This document shows, piece after piece, positions 20,862-28,209 of a stretch of 64,000 nt of DNA (positions within the stretch are counted from its first letter, which is position 1; every line of letters starts with the position of its first letter). The stretch is from an uncultured delta proteobacterium (lineage in GTDB: Bacteria; Desulfobacterota; Desulfobaccia; Desulfobaccales; 0-14-0-80-60-11), in assembly GCA_963812015.1 (NCBI GenBank), contig CAWETI010000002.1:512001-576000 (forward strand), read 5' to 3'. The notes under the pieces were generated by a model, which did not search any database, was not told where the DNA came from, and worked only from the letters and a program-made list of their open reading frames with translations. Made by a program: the position numbers and the translations under genes.

Positions 20862-21740
20862 TCATCTCGGATTCAAATACTCCAGCACCCGGGCGATGGC
20901 GCTGACGTCCTCGTCGCCCCAGCCCTGGGCCACCCCGGTGCGATAGAGGTGGAGGAGGGTGTGGGCCGCGGGCACCGGCGCCCCCAGCTCGAAGGCCGTG
21001 TCCACCACGAACTTGGCGTCCTTGGTCATGTGCTTCAAGGGGAAGGCCGTAGGATAGGTGTTATTTTGCAAATTGGCGGCCTTCATCTGGAACATGCCGC
21101 AGTTCAGGGGGCCGGAGAACACCGTGTCCAGCATGGCCTCCAGGGAAAGCCCGCCTAACTTACCGAAGTTCAGGACCTCGGCAAAACCTTCCATCATCAG
21201 GCCCAACAGCAGGTTGATGAACATCTTCATCATGGAACCCTGACCGGCCACCCCGCAGTAAACCACCTTTTTGCCCATAGCCAGGAGCACGGGGGAAAGC
21301 TCCTCCACCTTATCCTGGGGGCCGCCGGCCAGGATCAGGAGGGCGCCGTCCTCGGCGGGCTTCTTGGTGCCGGACACCGGGGCGTCGATGAAGGTGACGC
21401 CGGTGGGTTCCAGCTCCCGGGCCAGATCCCGGGTGCAGCGGGGGGAGACGGAACTCATGTTGATGAAGACCTTGCTGTGGTTGAAGGCCCCGCCGGCCCC
21501 GTCCGGCCCCCAGAGGAGATCGCTGAGGGCCTCGGGCCCGGTGACCATGGCGATGACGACGTCCGCGGCCTTGGCCAAGGCCTTGGGGCTGGAAGCCAGG
21601 CCGGCCCCTTGCTTCACCAGGGGCGCGGCCTTCTCGGGGCTGCGGTTGTAAACCATAACGGGGTAGCCGGCCTTCAGGAGATTGGCGGCCATGGGGGTCC
21701 CCATGATGCCCAAACCCATGAATCCTATCTTTGGTTTCAT
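20862..21740 (-). CDS. NAD(P)-dependent oxidoreductase, beta-hydroxyacid dehydrogenase family
   Basis: IGFMGLGIMG, DAPVSG, catalytic K in GSMMK, FPLKHMTKD. Confidence 0.92.
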   Translation of the reverse strand: MKPKIGFMGLGIMGTPMAANLLKAGYPVMVYNRSPEKAAPLVKQGAGLASSPKALAKAADVVIAMVTGPEALSDLLWGPDGAGGAFNHSKVFINMSSVSPRCTRDLARELEPTGVTFIDAPVSGTKKPAEDGALLILAGGPQDKVEELSPVLLAMGKKVVYCGVAGQGSMMKMFINLLLGLMMEGFAEVLNFGKLGGLSLEAMLDTVFSGPLNCGMFQMKAANLQNNTYPTAFPLKHMTKDAKFVVDTAFELGAPVPAAHTLLHLYRTGVAQGWGDEDVSAIARVLEYLNPR

Positions 21741-21761
21741 TGTGCTGTCCTCCATGAAAAA

Positions 21762-21789
21762 TTCAAGGTTCAAGGTTCAAAGTTCAAAG
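21762..21789. repeat. Tandem heptamer repeat (TTCAARG x4)
   Basis: ttcaagg ttcaagg ttcaaag ttcaaag. Confidence 0.75.
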
Positions 21790-21937
21790 TCAAGACCAAG
21801 GCCAAGTATGAACTTTTTAGGTTTTTCGATGAGCCACAGGCCCCATGAAGGACTGCTTCCGGCACCATCTGGATTTTCTGGCCTGAATGATTAATGTTAT
21901 CAAAAAAAATTTCATTACGGGAGAAAGGTGGTCAGCC

Positions 21938-22405
21938 ATGGCAAGACTTACTCCCGGGGAGGCAGCCCCGGAGTTTCAGTTGCTGGATCAGCACGGTAAG
22001 ACGGTAAGCCTGGCGGATTGGCGCGGCGGCAAGCTGCTGATCTACTTCTACCCCCGGGCCGATACCCCGGGGTGCACCCGGCAGGCGTGCAGCATCAGGG
22101 ACGCCCGGAAGGACTTACAAGACCTGGGCCTGGCGGTGGTGGGGATCAGCCCCGATCAGCCGGCCAAACAGCAGAAGTTCAATGCCAAGCACCATCTTTC
22201 CTTCCCCCTCCTGGCGGACCCGGACCACCGGGTGGCGGAGGCCTACGGCGCCTGGGGCGAAAAGACCCTGTATGGGAAAAAAACCCTGGGGATCATCCGC
22301 TCGTCGGTTTGAATCGACGCGGCGGGTAAGGTTATCCAGGCCTGGTACGGGGTCAAGCCGGAAGACACGGTCCCCAAGGCCGAAAAGGCGTTGCGCGGCG
22401 GCTGA
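21938..22405 (+). pseudogene. bcp: Peroxiredoxin Bcp/PrxQ interrupted by in-frame TGA at 22310-22312
   Basis: YFYPRADTPGCTRQAC; the frame continues after TGA as IDAAGKVIQAWYGVKPEDTVPKA, the normal Bcp C-terminus. Confidence 0.8.
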
Positions 22406-22413
22406 GTGGAAGT

Positions 22414-22434
22414 GGTGCGCAGTGCGCACCCTAC
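22414..22434 (-). repeat. GTAG REP, 21-bp class
   Basis: Minus strand GTAGGGTGCGCACTGCGCACC; same length and layout as the REPs flanking the RAYT. Confidence 0.85.
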
Positions 22435-22471
22435 GCGGCTTGATCGGACATGATTATTTCCGACGGTATTT

Positions 22472-22503
22472 AACCGAAAACCGAAAACAGAAAACCGAAA
22501 ACC
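22472..22503. repeat. Tandem heptamer repeat (AACCGAA-like, about 4.5 units)
   Basis: aaccgaa aaccgaa aacagaa aaccgaa aacc. Confidence 0.75.
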
Positions 22504-22508
22504 CTCTT

Positions 22509-23672
22509 CTACGCCGGCTTGGCCCAGATGCCGGGGATGGCCGTGCCGCAAAAAGCGCAGTTGCCGTCCTTGAGGCTGATTTCGCCGATCTTGTAGCCCT
22601 GGCGGGCGATGATCATTTTTCGGCAGTTATGGCAGAAAGTATTTTCGGCCTCGTGGCCGGGGATATTGCCGAGGTAGACATACTGGAGGCCCGCTTTCAG
22701 GGCCAGGTCCCGGGCCCGCTCCAAGGTGCTCACCGGGGTGGGATAATGATTGAGCATCTTGTAGAGGGGATAAAACCGGGAGAAATGCAGCGGCGTCAGG
22801 GGGCCCAGTTCATCCTTGATCCAGGCGCACATGCGGCTGAGTTGGTCCGGGGCATCGTTGAACTGGGGGATGATGAGGTTGACGATTTCCAGGTGGACCT
22901 TATGGCGGCGCAGGATTTTCAGGGTGTTGAGCACCGGTTCTAGCTCGCCCCCCACCAGATCACGGTAGAATTTGGCGTCAAAGGCCTTGAGATCGATGCA
23001 GGCGGCGTCCAGGAGCCCGGCCAGTTCTTCCAGGGGTGGGCCATTGACGTAGCCCGCCGAATGGCAGACGTTCAGGATGCCCGCGGCTTTGGCCAGGCGG
23101 CCCACATCCCGCATATACTCGTAAAAGATGATGGGCTCCACATAGGTGTGGGCAATGGAGGGGCAGCCGTTATCCCGGGCCGCGGCCACCACTTTGGCCG
23201 GGGGCAGATCGAAGTTGTAGGTCTTTTCCGGACGGGTCTGGGAGATTTCCCAATTCTGGCAGAACTTGCAGTGCAGGTTGCAGCCGGCGGTGGCGATGGA
23301 AAAGGAGGAAGTGCCGGGGAGGACGTGGAACAAGGGCTTTTTTTCGATGGGGTCCAGGTGGACGGCGCAAGGGTTGCCGTACACCAGACTGTAATATTTG
23401 CCCTCCCGGTTCTCCCGGACGCCGCATTCCCCCCGGTCTCCGGGCATGACCTCGCAGTTCCTGGGGCAGAGCTGGCACTGCACCAGGCCCTGGTCCATTT
23501 GGCGGTAGAAGGCGGCCGGATGCGGCGCGATGAAGCCGTACTGCATCCTCTGGGCGCGGACCGGCGCCGGCCGGAGGGGAAGGGACAAGAGCGCCAGGGC
23601 CCCGGCGCTGCTCCGGATAAACGTCCGGCGGCTGCACCGCCAGTCACCTAAACCTTGCAACCCGGACTTCAT
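22509..23672 (-). CDS. amrS: AmmeMemoRadiSam-system radical SAM enzyme with twin-arginine-like leader
   Basis: CQLCPRNC...CGVR, DPIEKKPLFH, CNLHCKFC, PLHFSRFYP, YVYLGN. Confidence 0.9.
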   Translation of the reverse strand: MKSGLQGLGDWRCSRRTFIRSSAGALALLSLPLRPAPVRAQRMQYGFIAPHPAAFYRQMDQGLVQCQLCPRNCEVMPGDRGECGVRENREGKYYSLVYGNPCAVHLDPIEKKPLFHVLPGTSSFSIATAGCNLHCKFCQNWEISQTRPEKTYNFDLPPAKVVAAARDNGCPSIAHTYVEPIIFYEYMRDVGRLAKAAGILNVCHSAGYVNGPPLEELAGLLDAACIDLKAFDAKFYRDLVGGELEPVLNTLKILRRHKVHLEIVNLIIPQFNDAPDQLSRMCAWIKDELGPLTPLHFSRFYPLYKMLNHYPTPVSTLERARDLALKAGLQYVYLGNIPGHEAENTFCHNCRKMIIARQGYKIGEISLKDGNCAFCGTAIPGIWAKPA

Positions 23673-23812
23673 TTGGCGTTGCCTGCCATGACCTGAGTGT
23701 CGGTTACGACGTGAACGGCTGCGGCGCCTTAGTGGATGGCATCAGGCCTGAGGCTGGGGCGGCCTAAACCTCGCACCACTAAGGCTGGATGCGGTCGGAG
23801 CGGTTGGGTCGA

Positions 23813-24097
23813 TCAGTCACCGTTGATGCGATTGCGCAGCACGCCGGAAGTTTTAAAGACCACTACCTTGCGGGCCCGGAGGATAAGGTTCTCCTTGGTT
23901 TGGGGGTTGCGTCCCCGGCGGGCGTTTTTTTGCCTGACCGAGAATTTTCCAAAGCCGCTGATGAGCAGGTCGTCTCCCTGGGCCAGGGACTCCTTCATAA
24001 TATCCAGGACCCGTTCCACCGTCGAACGTGATTCTTGCTTGCTCAAACCCACCTGCGTCTGTAAGCGGCTGATCAATTTTTCCTTGGTGAGGGCCAT
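23813..24097 (-). CDS. ihfA: Integration host factor alpha subunit
   Basis: MALTK, ISGFGKF, GRNPQT, RKVVVFK. Confidence 0.88.
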   Translation of the reverse strand: MALTKEKLISRLQTQVGLSKQESRSTVERVLDIMKESLAQGDDLLISGFGKFSVRQKNARRGRNPQTKENLILRARKVVVFKTSGVLRNRINGD

Positions 24098-24185
24098 AAC
24101 CTGATCTCCTCCGGCTATCCCGGTGAAATTACTTAATTAATTATGAAGGAAATCCGAGAGGTGTCAAGGTTTTTTTTCTCAAGGC

Positions 24186-25073
24186 CTAGACGGGGGAGGC
24201 GGCGCGCTTGATTTTGACCGGTTTACGCGGTGGCCGGCGGATGCCAAAATCCAGGGCGCTGAAGTGGCAGGCGTCCACGCAGCGCAGGCACATGATGCAC
24301 TCCCGGCTGTCGAATTCCTGGTTGGGCACGACCCCGGTGGGACACTTGCGGGCGCAGGCCCCGCATTCCACGCAGTTGCCTTCGATGAACTCTAACTGCA
24401 CCAGGCTTATCCGGCTGAAGAGGCTGTAAAAGGCGCCCAGGGGGCAGATGGTCCGGCAAAAAAACCGGCTGATGAGCACGGCCGCGACGAGGATGAGGAT
24501 GAGGATGGCGAGCTTGTTCCAGAAGAAAAAGGTCACGGTGGCCCACAAGCCGGGTTTCAGCAAGAGGAGGGGCATGGCCCCCTCCAGGGTGCCGGCGGGA
24601 CAGATGAGCTTGCAGAACCAGGGGTGCCCCAACCCGGAGCTATCCACAAAAAAGACGGGCATGGCCACCACCAGCACCCCCAGCACCGCGTACTTCACCC
24701 AGCGCAGGGGTTTCCACAAGAAAAACTTCCGGGTGGGGATCTTGTGAAGCAGATCCTGGATGAACCCGAAAGGGCAGATCCAGCCGCAGGTCAACCGACC
24801 CACCACGGTGCCGATAAAGCCTACATAACCCAAGACGATGGCGCCAGTCAGGGGGAATCCCCCCGTATTGAACCGCAGGCTGGCCATGAAATTCTGGAAG
24901 GCCCCCACCGGACAGGATAGCAGAGCCCCGGGGCAGGAATAGCAGTTAAGGCCGGGATGACACACCGCCTTCAACGGCCCCTGATAGATAACCGAGCCGC
25001 CGAAGGGGAACAGCAGGTAAGCGTTAGTCCCAAAGGCGACCAGGGTCTGGACCAACCACCTGAGGCGGTTCAT
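24186..25073 (-). CDS. Membrane-bound 4Fe-4S binding protein (NapH/MauN/YccM-like)
   Basis: CYSCP, CGWICP, CKLICP, CRTICP and two C-terminal CxxCxxCxxxC motifs; several TM helices; ATG overlaps the upstream peptide stop (TGATG). Confidence 0.9.
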   Translation of the reverse strand: MNRLRWLVQTLVAFGTNAYLLFPFGGSVIYQGPLKAVCHPGLNCYSCPGALLSCPVGAFQNFMASLRFNTGGFPLTGAIVLGYVGFIGTVVGRLTCGWICPFGFIQDLLHKIPTRKFFLWKPLRWVKYAVLGVLVVAMPVFFVDSSGLGHPWFCKLICPAGTLEGAMPLLLLKPGLWATVTFFFWNKLAILILILVAAVLISRFFCRTICPLGAFYSLFSRISLVQLEFIEGNCVECGACARKCPTGVVPNQEFDSRECIMCLRCVDACHFSALDFGIRRPPRKPVKIKRAASPV

Positions 25074-25204
25074 CAACCGACTCCGATGCAAGACAGGCAG
25101 ATGGTAGTGCCCAGGTTGAGTAGATAGGTCAGGTCACCGGTGTTAACCCCCAGGATGAATAAGGCGGTAAAGAGAATGATAAGCCAAAAGGATTTCTTCG
25201 GCAT
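25073..25204 (-). CDS. 43-aa CxxC membrane microprotein (CD1871A-like family), Cys form
   Basis: RBS GGAGG; MPKKSFWLIILFTALFILGVNTGDLTYLLNLGTTICLSCIGVG; stop overlaps the 4Fe-4S gene start. Confidence 0.88.
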   Translation of the reverse strand: MPKKSFWLIILFTALFILGVNTGDLTYLLNLGTTICLSCIGVG

Positions 25205-25323
25205 AAACAACCTCCCAGTGGAAATGGCCCCTGATAAATCGCCGCGCCGCCGAAGGGAAACAGGACTTTGGCGTTGGCACCCAACGCCATCAGGGGTTGG
25301 ATGAGTGACCAGAGCCTGGCCAT
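25129..25323 (-). pseudogene. Truncated duplicate of the 4Fe-4S gene 5' end; frame runs on into the Cys-peptide gene
   Basis: MARLWSLIQPLMALGANAKVLFPFGGAAIYQGP vs MNRLRWLVQTLVAFGTNAYLLFPFGGSVIYQGP, 21/33 identical by manual count. Similarity ends at about 25225. Confidence 0.8.
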
Positions 25324-25337
25324 CACCCCACCCCGAT
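25289..25337 (-). promoter_or_regulatory. Putative bacterial SECIS hairpin
   Basis: mRNA AUCGGGGUGGGGUGAUGGCCAG-GCU-CUGGUCACUCAUCCAACCCCUGAU folds as a long stem. It starts 10 nt after the UGA and has a G-led apical loop about 32 nt downstream. Confidence 0.7.
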
Positions 25338-25454
25338 ACAGGATAGTCAGATAGTGTTTCCCAGATTCATCAGGTATCCTAATTCACCACTGTTGACCCC
25401 GATAACAAATAAGATGGTGAAGATGATGATGAGCCACAAGGCCTTTTTGGGCAT
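25323..25454 (-). CDS. 43-aa UxxC selenoprotein microprotein (Sec paralog of 25073-25204)
   Basis: RBS GGAGG; MPKKALWLIIIFTILFVIGVNSGELGYLMNLGNTI-U-LSCIGVG. TGA at 25347-25349 aligns with the first Cys of the paralog. Confidence 0.85.
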
Positions 25455-25584
25455 GTTCCTACCTCCCGCCGGTTCAGGTTCACCATGGCAGGGTGATTGA
25501 TCGATCCCCTCATCTAGAGCTAATCACTATTATATCCATGGCCAAGCTTCCGGGGAAAAAATTTTTCCGGGTGAAGACAATTTC

Positions 25585-25614
25585 TTGACAAATCCATATA
25601 TATTAATATATATG
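25585..25614 (+). promoter_or_regulatory. Sigma-70 promoter overlapped by a 20-bp perfect palindrome (probable ArsR operator)
   Basis: TTGACA at 25585-25590; CATATATATTAATATATATG at 25595-25614 covers the -10 region. Confidence 0.7.
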
Positions 25615-25620
25615 AATATT

Positions 25621-25920
25621 ATGGAAGATGAATATTTGAAGGAATGGTTGGAGAGAGCGGCCCGATGCCTCAAGGTGCTGGCCCACCCCACCCGCCTGTT
25701 GATCATCCATCTCCTGGGCGATGGCGAGCTATCGGTGCAGGAGCTGGAAAAGGCGGTGGGGGTCAGCCAATCCAGCGTGTCCCAGCACCTGGGCCTGCTC
25801 AGGGACAAGGAGATCCTGGAATCCCGGCGGGTGGCCCAGCAGGTGTTCTACCGGCTGCGGGATCCCCGAGTGCTGCAACTGACGGCCCTTACCCGGGAGC
25901 TGTTCTGCAAGGTAGGCTGA
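25621..25920 (+). CDS. ArsR/SmtB-family regulator, BigR/SqrR-like Cys pair
   Basis: ARCLKVLAHPTRL, SQSSVSQHL, C-terminal LFC; possibly leaderless. Confidence 0.88.
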   Translation: MEDEYLKEWLERAARCLKVLAHPTRLLIIHLLGDGELSVQELEKAVGVSQSSVSQHLGLLRDKEILESRRVAQQVFYRLRDPRVLQLTALTRELFCKVG

Positions 25921-26014
25921 GGCGAGGGCCGCGGCGCCGGGCAGGTTACACGGGGAACACTTTCCTGAAATTCCGCTGAGTGAATTTCAGGATAATCTTA
26001 AGGAGAAAACCATT

Positions 26015-26464
26015 ATGTCTGCCGCACCGCAAAAAGATAAGGCCGCGTTTATCTGCTCGAGAGACACGTTGGACGGCGCCTATCCGCCGCTTATTCTGGG
26101 CATCAATGCCGCCCGGGCCGGCATGGAATCCAAGGTGTTTTTCACCTTTATGGGCATCAACCTGGCCTGCAAAGGTGGCATTGAAAAGGCCAGGTTTATT
26201 CCGCCCGGAGTCATGGGGGCGGTGCCGGGGATGTCCGCAATTGCCACCGGCATGATGAAGAAGAAGATCGACAAGGCCCACATCCCCTCCCTGCCGGAAC
26301 TGATGGAGATGGCTCAACTGGAAGGCGTGGAGTTGATCGTCTGCAAGATGACCATCGATATGATGGAATTAAATGAAGACGACCTGGTGGAGGGTTCCGT
26401 GGTGTGGACGGCCGAGGAGTTTATCAAATTCGCTAAAGACTGCAAGATCTGCTTGTTTATCTAA
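26015..26464 (+). CDS. DsrE2/DrsH-like sulfur-carrier protein
   Basis: FFTFMGIN, IPSLPELMEMA, IVCKMTIDMM, C-terminal LFI. Confidence 0.88.
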   Translation: MSAAPQKDKAAFICSRDTLDGAYPPLILGINAARAGMESKVFFTFMGINLACKGGIEKARFIPPGVMGAVPGMSAIATGMMKKKIDKAHIPSLPELMEMAQLEGVELIVCKMTIDMMELNEDDLVEGSVVWTAEEFIKFAKDCKICLFI

Positions 26465-26587
26465 GAGAACGCTCTGAGGTCAGGGCACCCCGGAGGGGAG
26501 ATTGAGGGGAGGGCGGGAAACATGGTAAAAAATTGCTCGGCCCGCCCCACGATGCCTGCTGTAGAGTTCTCAAGTCAGGAGGCGCGC

Positions 26588-27109
26588 ATGGGCAAGGCGG
26601 CGTTAATCGTGGCGGACATGCTCAATGATTTTCTGGACCCCCAGGGAGCCCTGTATGTGGGGCCCCAGGCCCGGGAGATCATCCCCTTTGTGGCGCAGAA
26701 GATCGCCGAGTTCCGGGCGCAGGAAGGGGTGGTGATCTTTGTCTGCGACGCCCACGCCCCCGATGACCGGGAATTCAGATACTTCCCGGCCCACGCGGTC
26801 AAGGGGAGCTGGGGGGGCGAAATCATCCCCGAGCTGACTCCTGGACCCGGCGACCACCGGGTGGAAAAGACCCGGTACAGCGCCTTTGCTCACACCAACC
26901 TGGAGGCTATTCTCCAACGGGAGCGGGTGGAGGCGGTGCACGTGGTGGGGGTGATGACCTCCATCTGCGTCATGGAGACGGTCAAGGAACTCTTCGACCG
27001 GGATCTACCGGCCCTGGTGTACCAACAAGGGGTGGCGGACTCGGACCCCGAGGCCCACGCCTTTGCCCTGAAACAGATGCCGCGGGTCTTTGGCGCGAAG
27101 GTGGTGTAG
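26588..27109 (+). CDS. Isochorismatase-family cysteine hydrolase (nicotinamidase-like)
   Basis: DMLNDF, DAH, PAHA, KTRYSAF, TSICV. Confidence 0.9.
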   Translation: MGKAALIVADMLNDFLDPQGALYVGPQAREIIPFVAQKIAEFRAQEGVVIFVCDAHAPDDREFRYFPAHAVKGSWGGEIIPELTPGPGDHRVEKTRYSAFAHTNLEAILQRERVEAVHVVGVMTSICVMETVKELFDRDLPALVYQQGVADSDPEAHAFALKQMPRVFGAKVV

Positions 27110-27113
27110 AGTT

Positions 27114-27188
27114 CTGAGGGAGGGGGCCAGGGGCTTTTTTGTAAGTGCCCCTGCCCCCCTCCCTCAGGCTCCCTCCCCCAACCCCATA
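27114..27188 (-). repeat. G-rich hairpin repeat, copy B
   Basis: Minus strand TATGGGGTTGGGGGAGGGAG...CTGAGGGAGGGGGGCAGGGGC...GCCCCTGGCCCCCTCCCTCAG, between convergent genes. Confidence 0.7.
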
Positions 27189-27276
27189 CAGGGGGAGGGC
27201 GGGGGAATTTTTCGTATTTTTCGTAAGGGCTTCCCCCGGGCCTCCCTTCAAGAAAGTTTTACCGCCGGATCACTTC

Positions 27277-28017
27277 TTACTGGATTTCCGGGGTGGCGAA
27301 GGGGTCAAACGGGTTGGTGCGCAGGGCCAGGGAGAAGAGATAGGGGTAGCGGGTCTTAAGATGGGCCATGTAGGCCAGCCACTCTTTGATGAGCAGGACA
27401 TAGCCCCGCTGCACGTCCCCCGCCAGATGCTCCCCATCGGATGGGGTCAAGTGGTGCAGGTCGGTGCGCTGGGCCAGTTCCTCCGTCAGGTGGAAGACCG
27501 CCAGGAGCAGGCTGGAAAAGGAGTCGTGTTCCAGCAGGTTGGGGTTTTCCAGGAGGCGCAGGAGGAAGTCCCGCTTCTGGAGCAGAAAATCTCGTAAGGA
27601 TTCTAAATTCCCTTCCTTGAGTTCGATACCAAAATCGTTTTCCGCCAGGCCCTGGCTGAAACCGGCAAAATCCGGGGCGGTCCAGTGGCTGATATGGGCC
27701 ACCTGCTGCTGAAAGTCCGGCAAATGCCGGTCGTAGGCCGATAGGGTTTTTAATAGCGCCCCCCCTACCTCGCTGAAAAAGGCGCCGATGACCATGTTGA
27801 GCTTGGCGAGCTTGGCGAGCCTGGCCCGCTGCCCCAGGAGCTGGTTGAGGATGATGGTCACCAACAGGACGGAGATGGGCAGGAACCCCAACTGGGCCAG
27901 GAACAGGCGCAGCATGTAATTGACGTCCTTAAAGATCAGGTAGTTGAGGCCATAAAGCCCTGCCGAGGCGGCGACGAGAGCCAGGGCCAGTTGGATTTTC
28001 CAGGTGAGGAATTTCAT
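27277..28017 (-). CDS. Conserved-looking hypothetical membrane protein
   Basis: Two N-terminal TM helices; KLNMVIGAFFSEVG, LLENPNLLEH, YPYLFSLAxRTNPF motifs; RBS GAGG. Confidence 0.85.
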   Translation of the reverse strand: MKFLTWKIQLALALVAASAGLYGLNYLIFKDVNYMLRLFLAQLGFLPISVLLVTIILNQLLGQRARLAKLAKLNMVIGAFFSEVGGALLKTLSAYDRHLPDFQQQVAHISHWTAPDFAGFSQGLAENDFGIELKEGNLESLRDFLLQKRDFLLRLLENPNLLEHDSFSSLLLAVFHLTEELAQRTDLHHLTPSDGEHLAGDVQRGYVLLIKEWLAYMAHLKTRYPYLFSLALRTNPFDPFATPEIQ

Positions 28018-28143
28018 GGTAACCTCAGAGTAGGTTCTTGTCCCATTTTTTATACCCCTGTCTTATCCGGCTGAGTCGAGCCAGGATTAAAAGAGGCAGG
28101 TTTTCTGAATTTAAGCACGGGCGGGACGCCGGTGCCACCATTT

Positions 28144-28209
28144 TAAGGGATTGGGGGAGGGGTCTTAGGGGAGGGGGTAAGGGCGTCTGCCCTTAGCCCC
28201 CTCCCCTAA
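28144..28209 (+). repeat. G-rich hairpin repeat, copy C
   Basis: GGGATTGGGGGAGGGG leader plus TTAGGGGAGGGGGTAAGGG...CCCTTAGCCCCCTCCCCTAA; contains the stop codon of the radical SAM gene. Confidence 0.7.

Noticed and set aside
22310..22312. Selenocysteine in Bcp
   Set aside because: The TGA does not align with a Cys and no convincing SECIS follows; kept only as a low-interest anomaly.
25073..25454. Alternative genetic code (TGA as Trp or Gly) explaining the in-frame TGAs
   Set aside because: TGA is the normal stop of many conserved genes here (e.g. rny, ymdB, pstS, pstA, ftsZ), so global reassignment is excluded.
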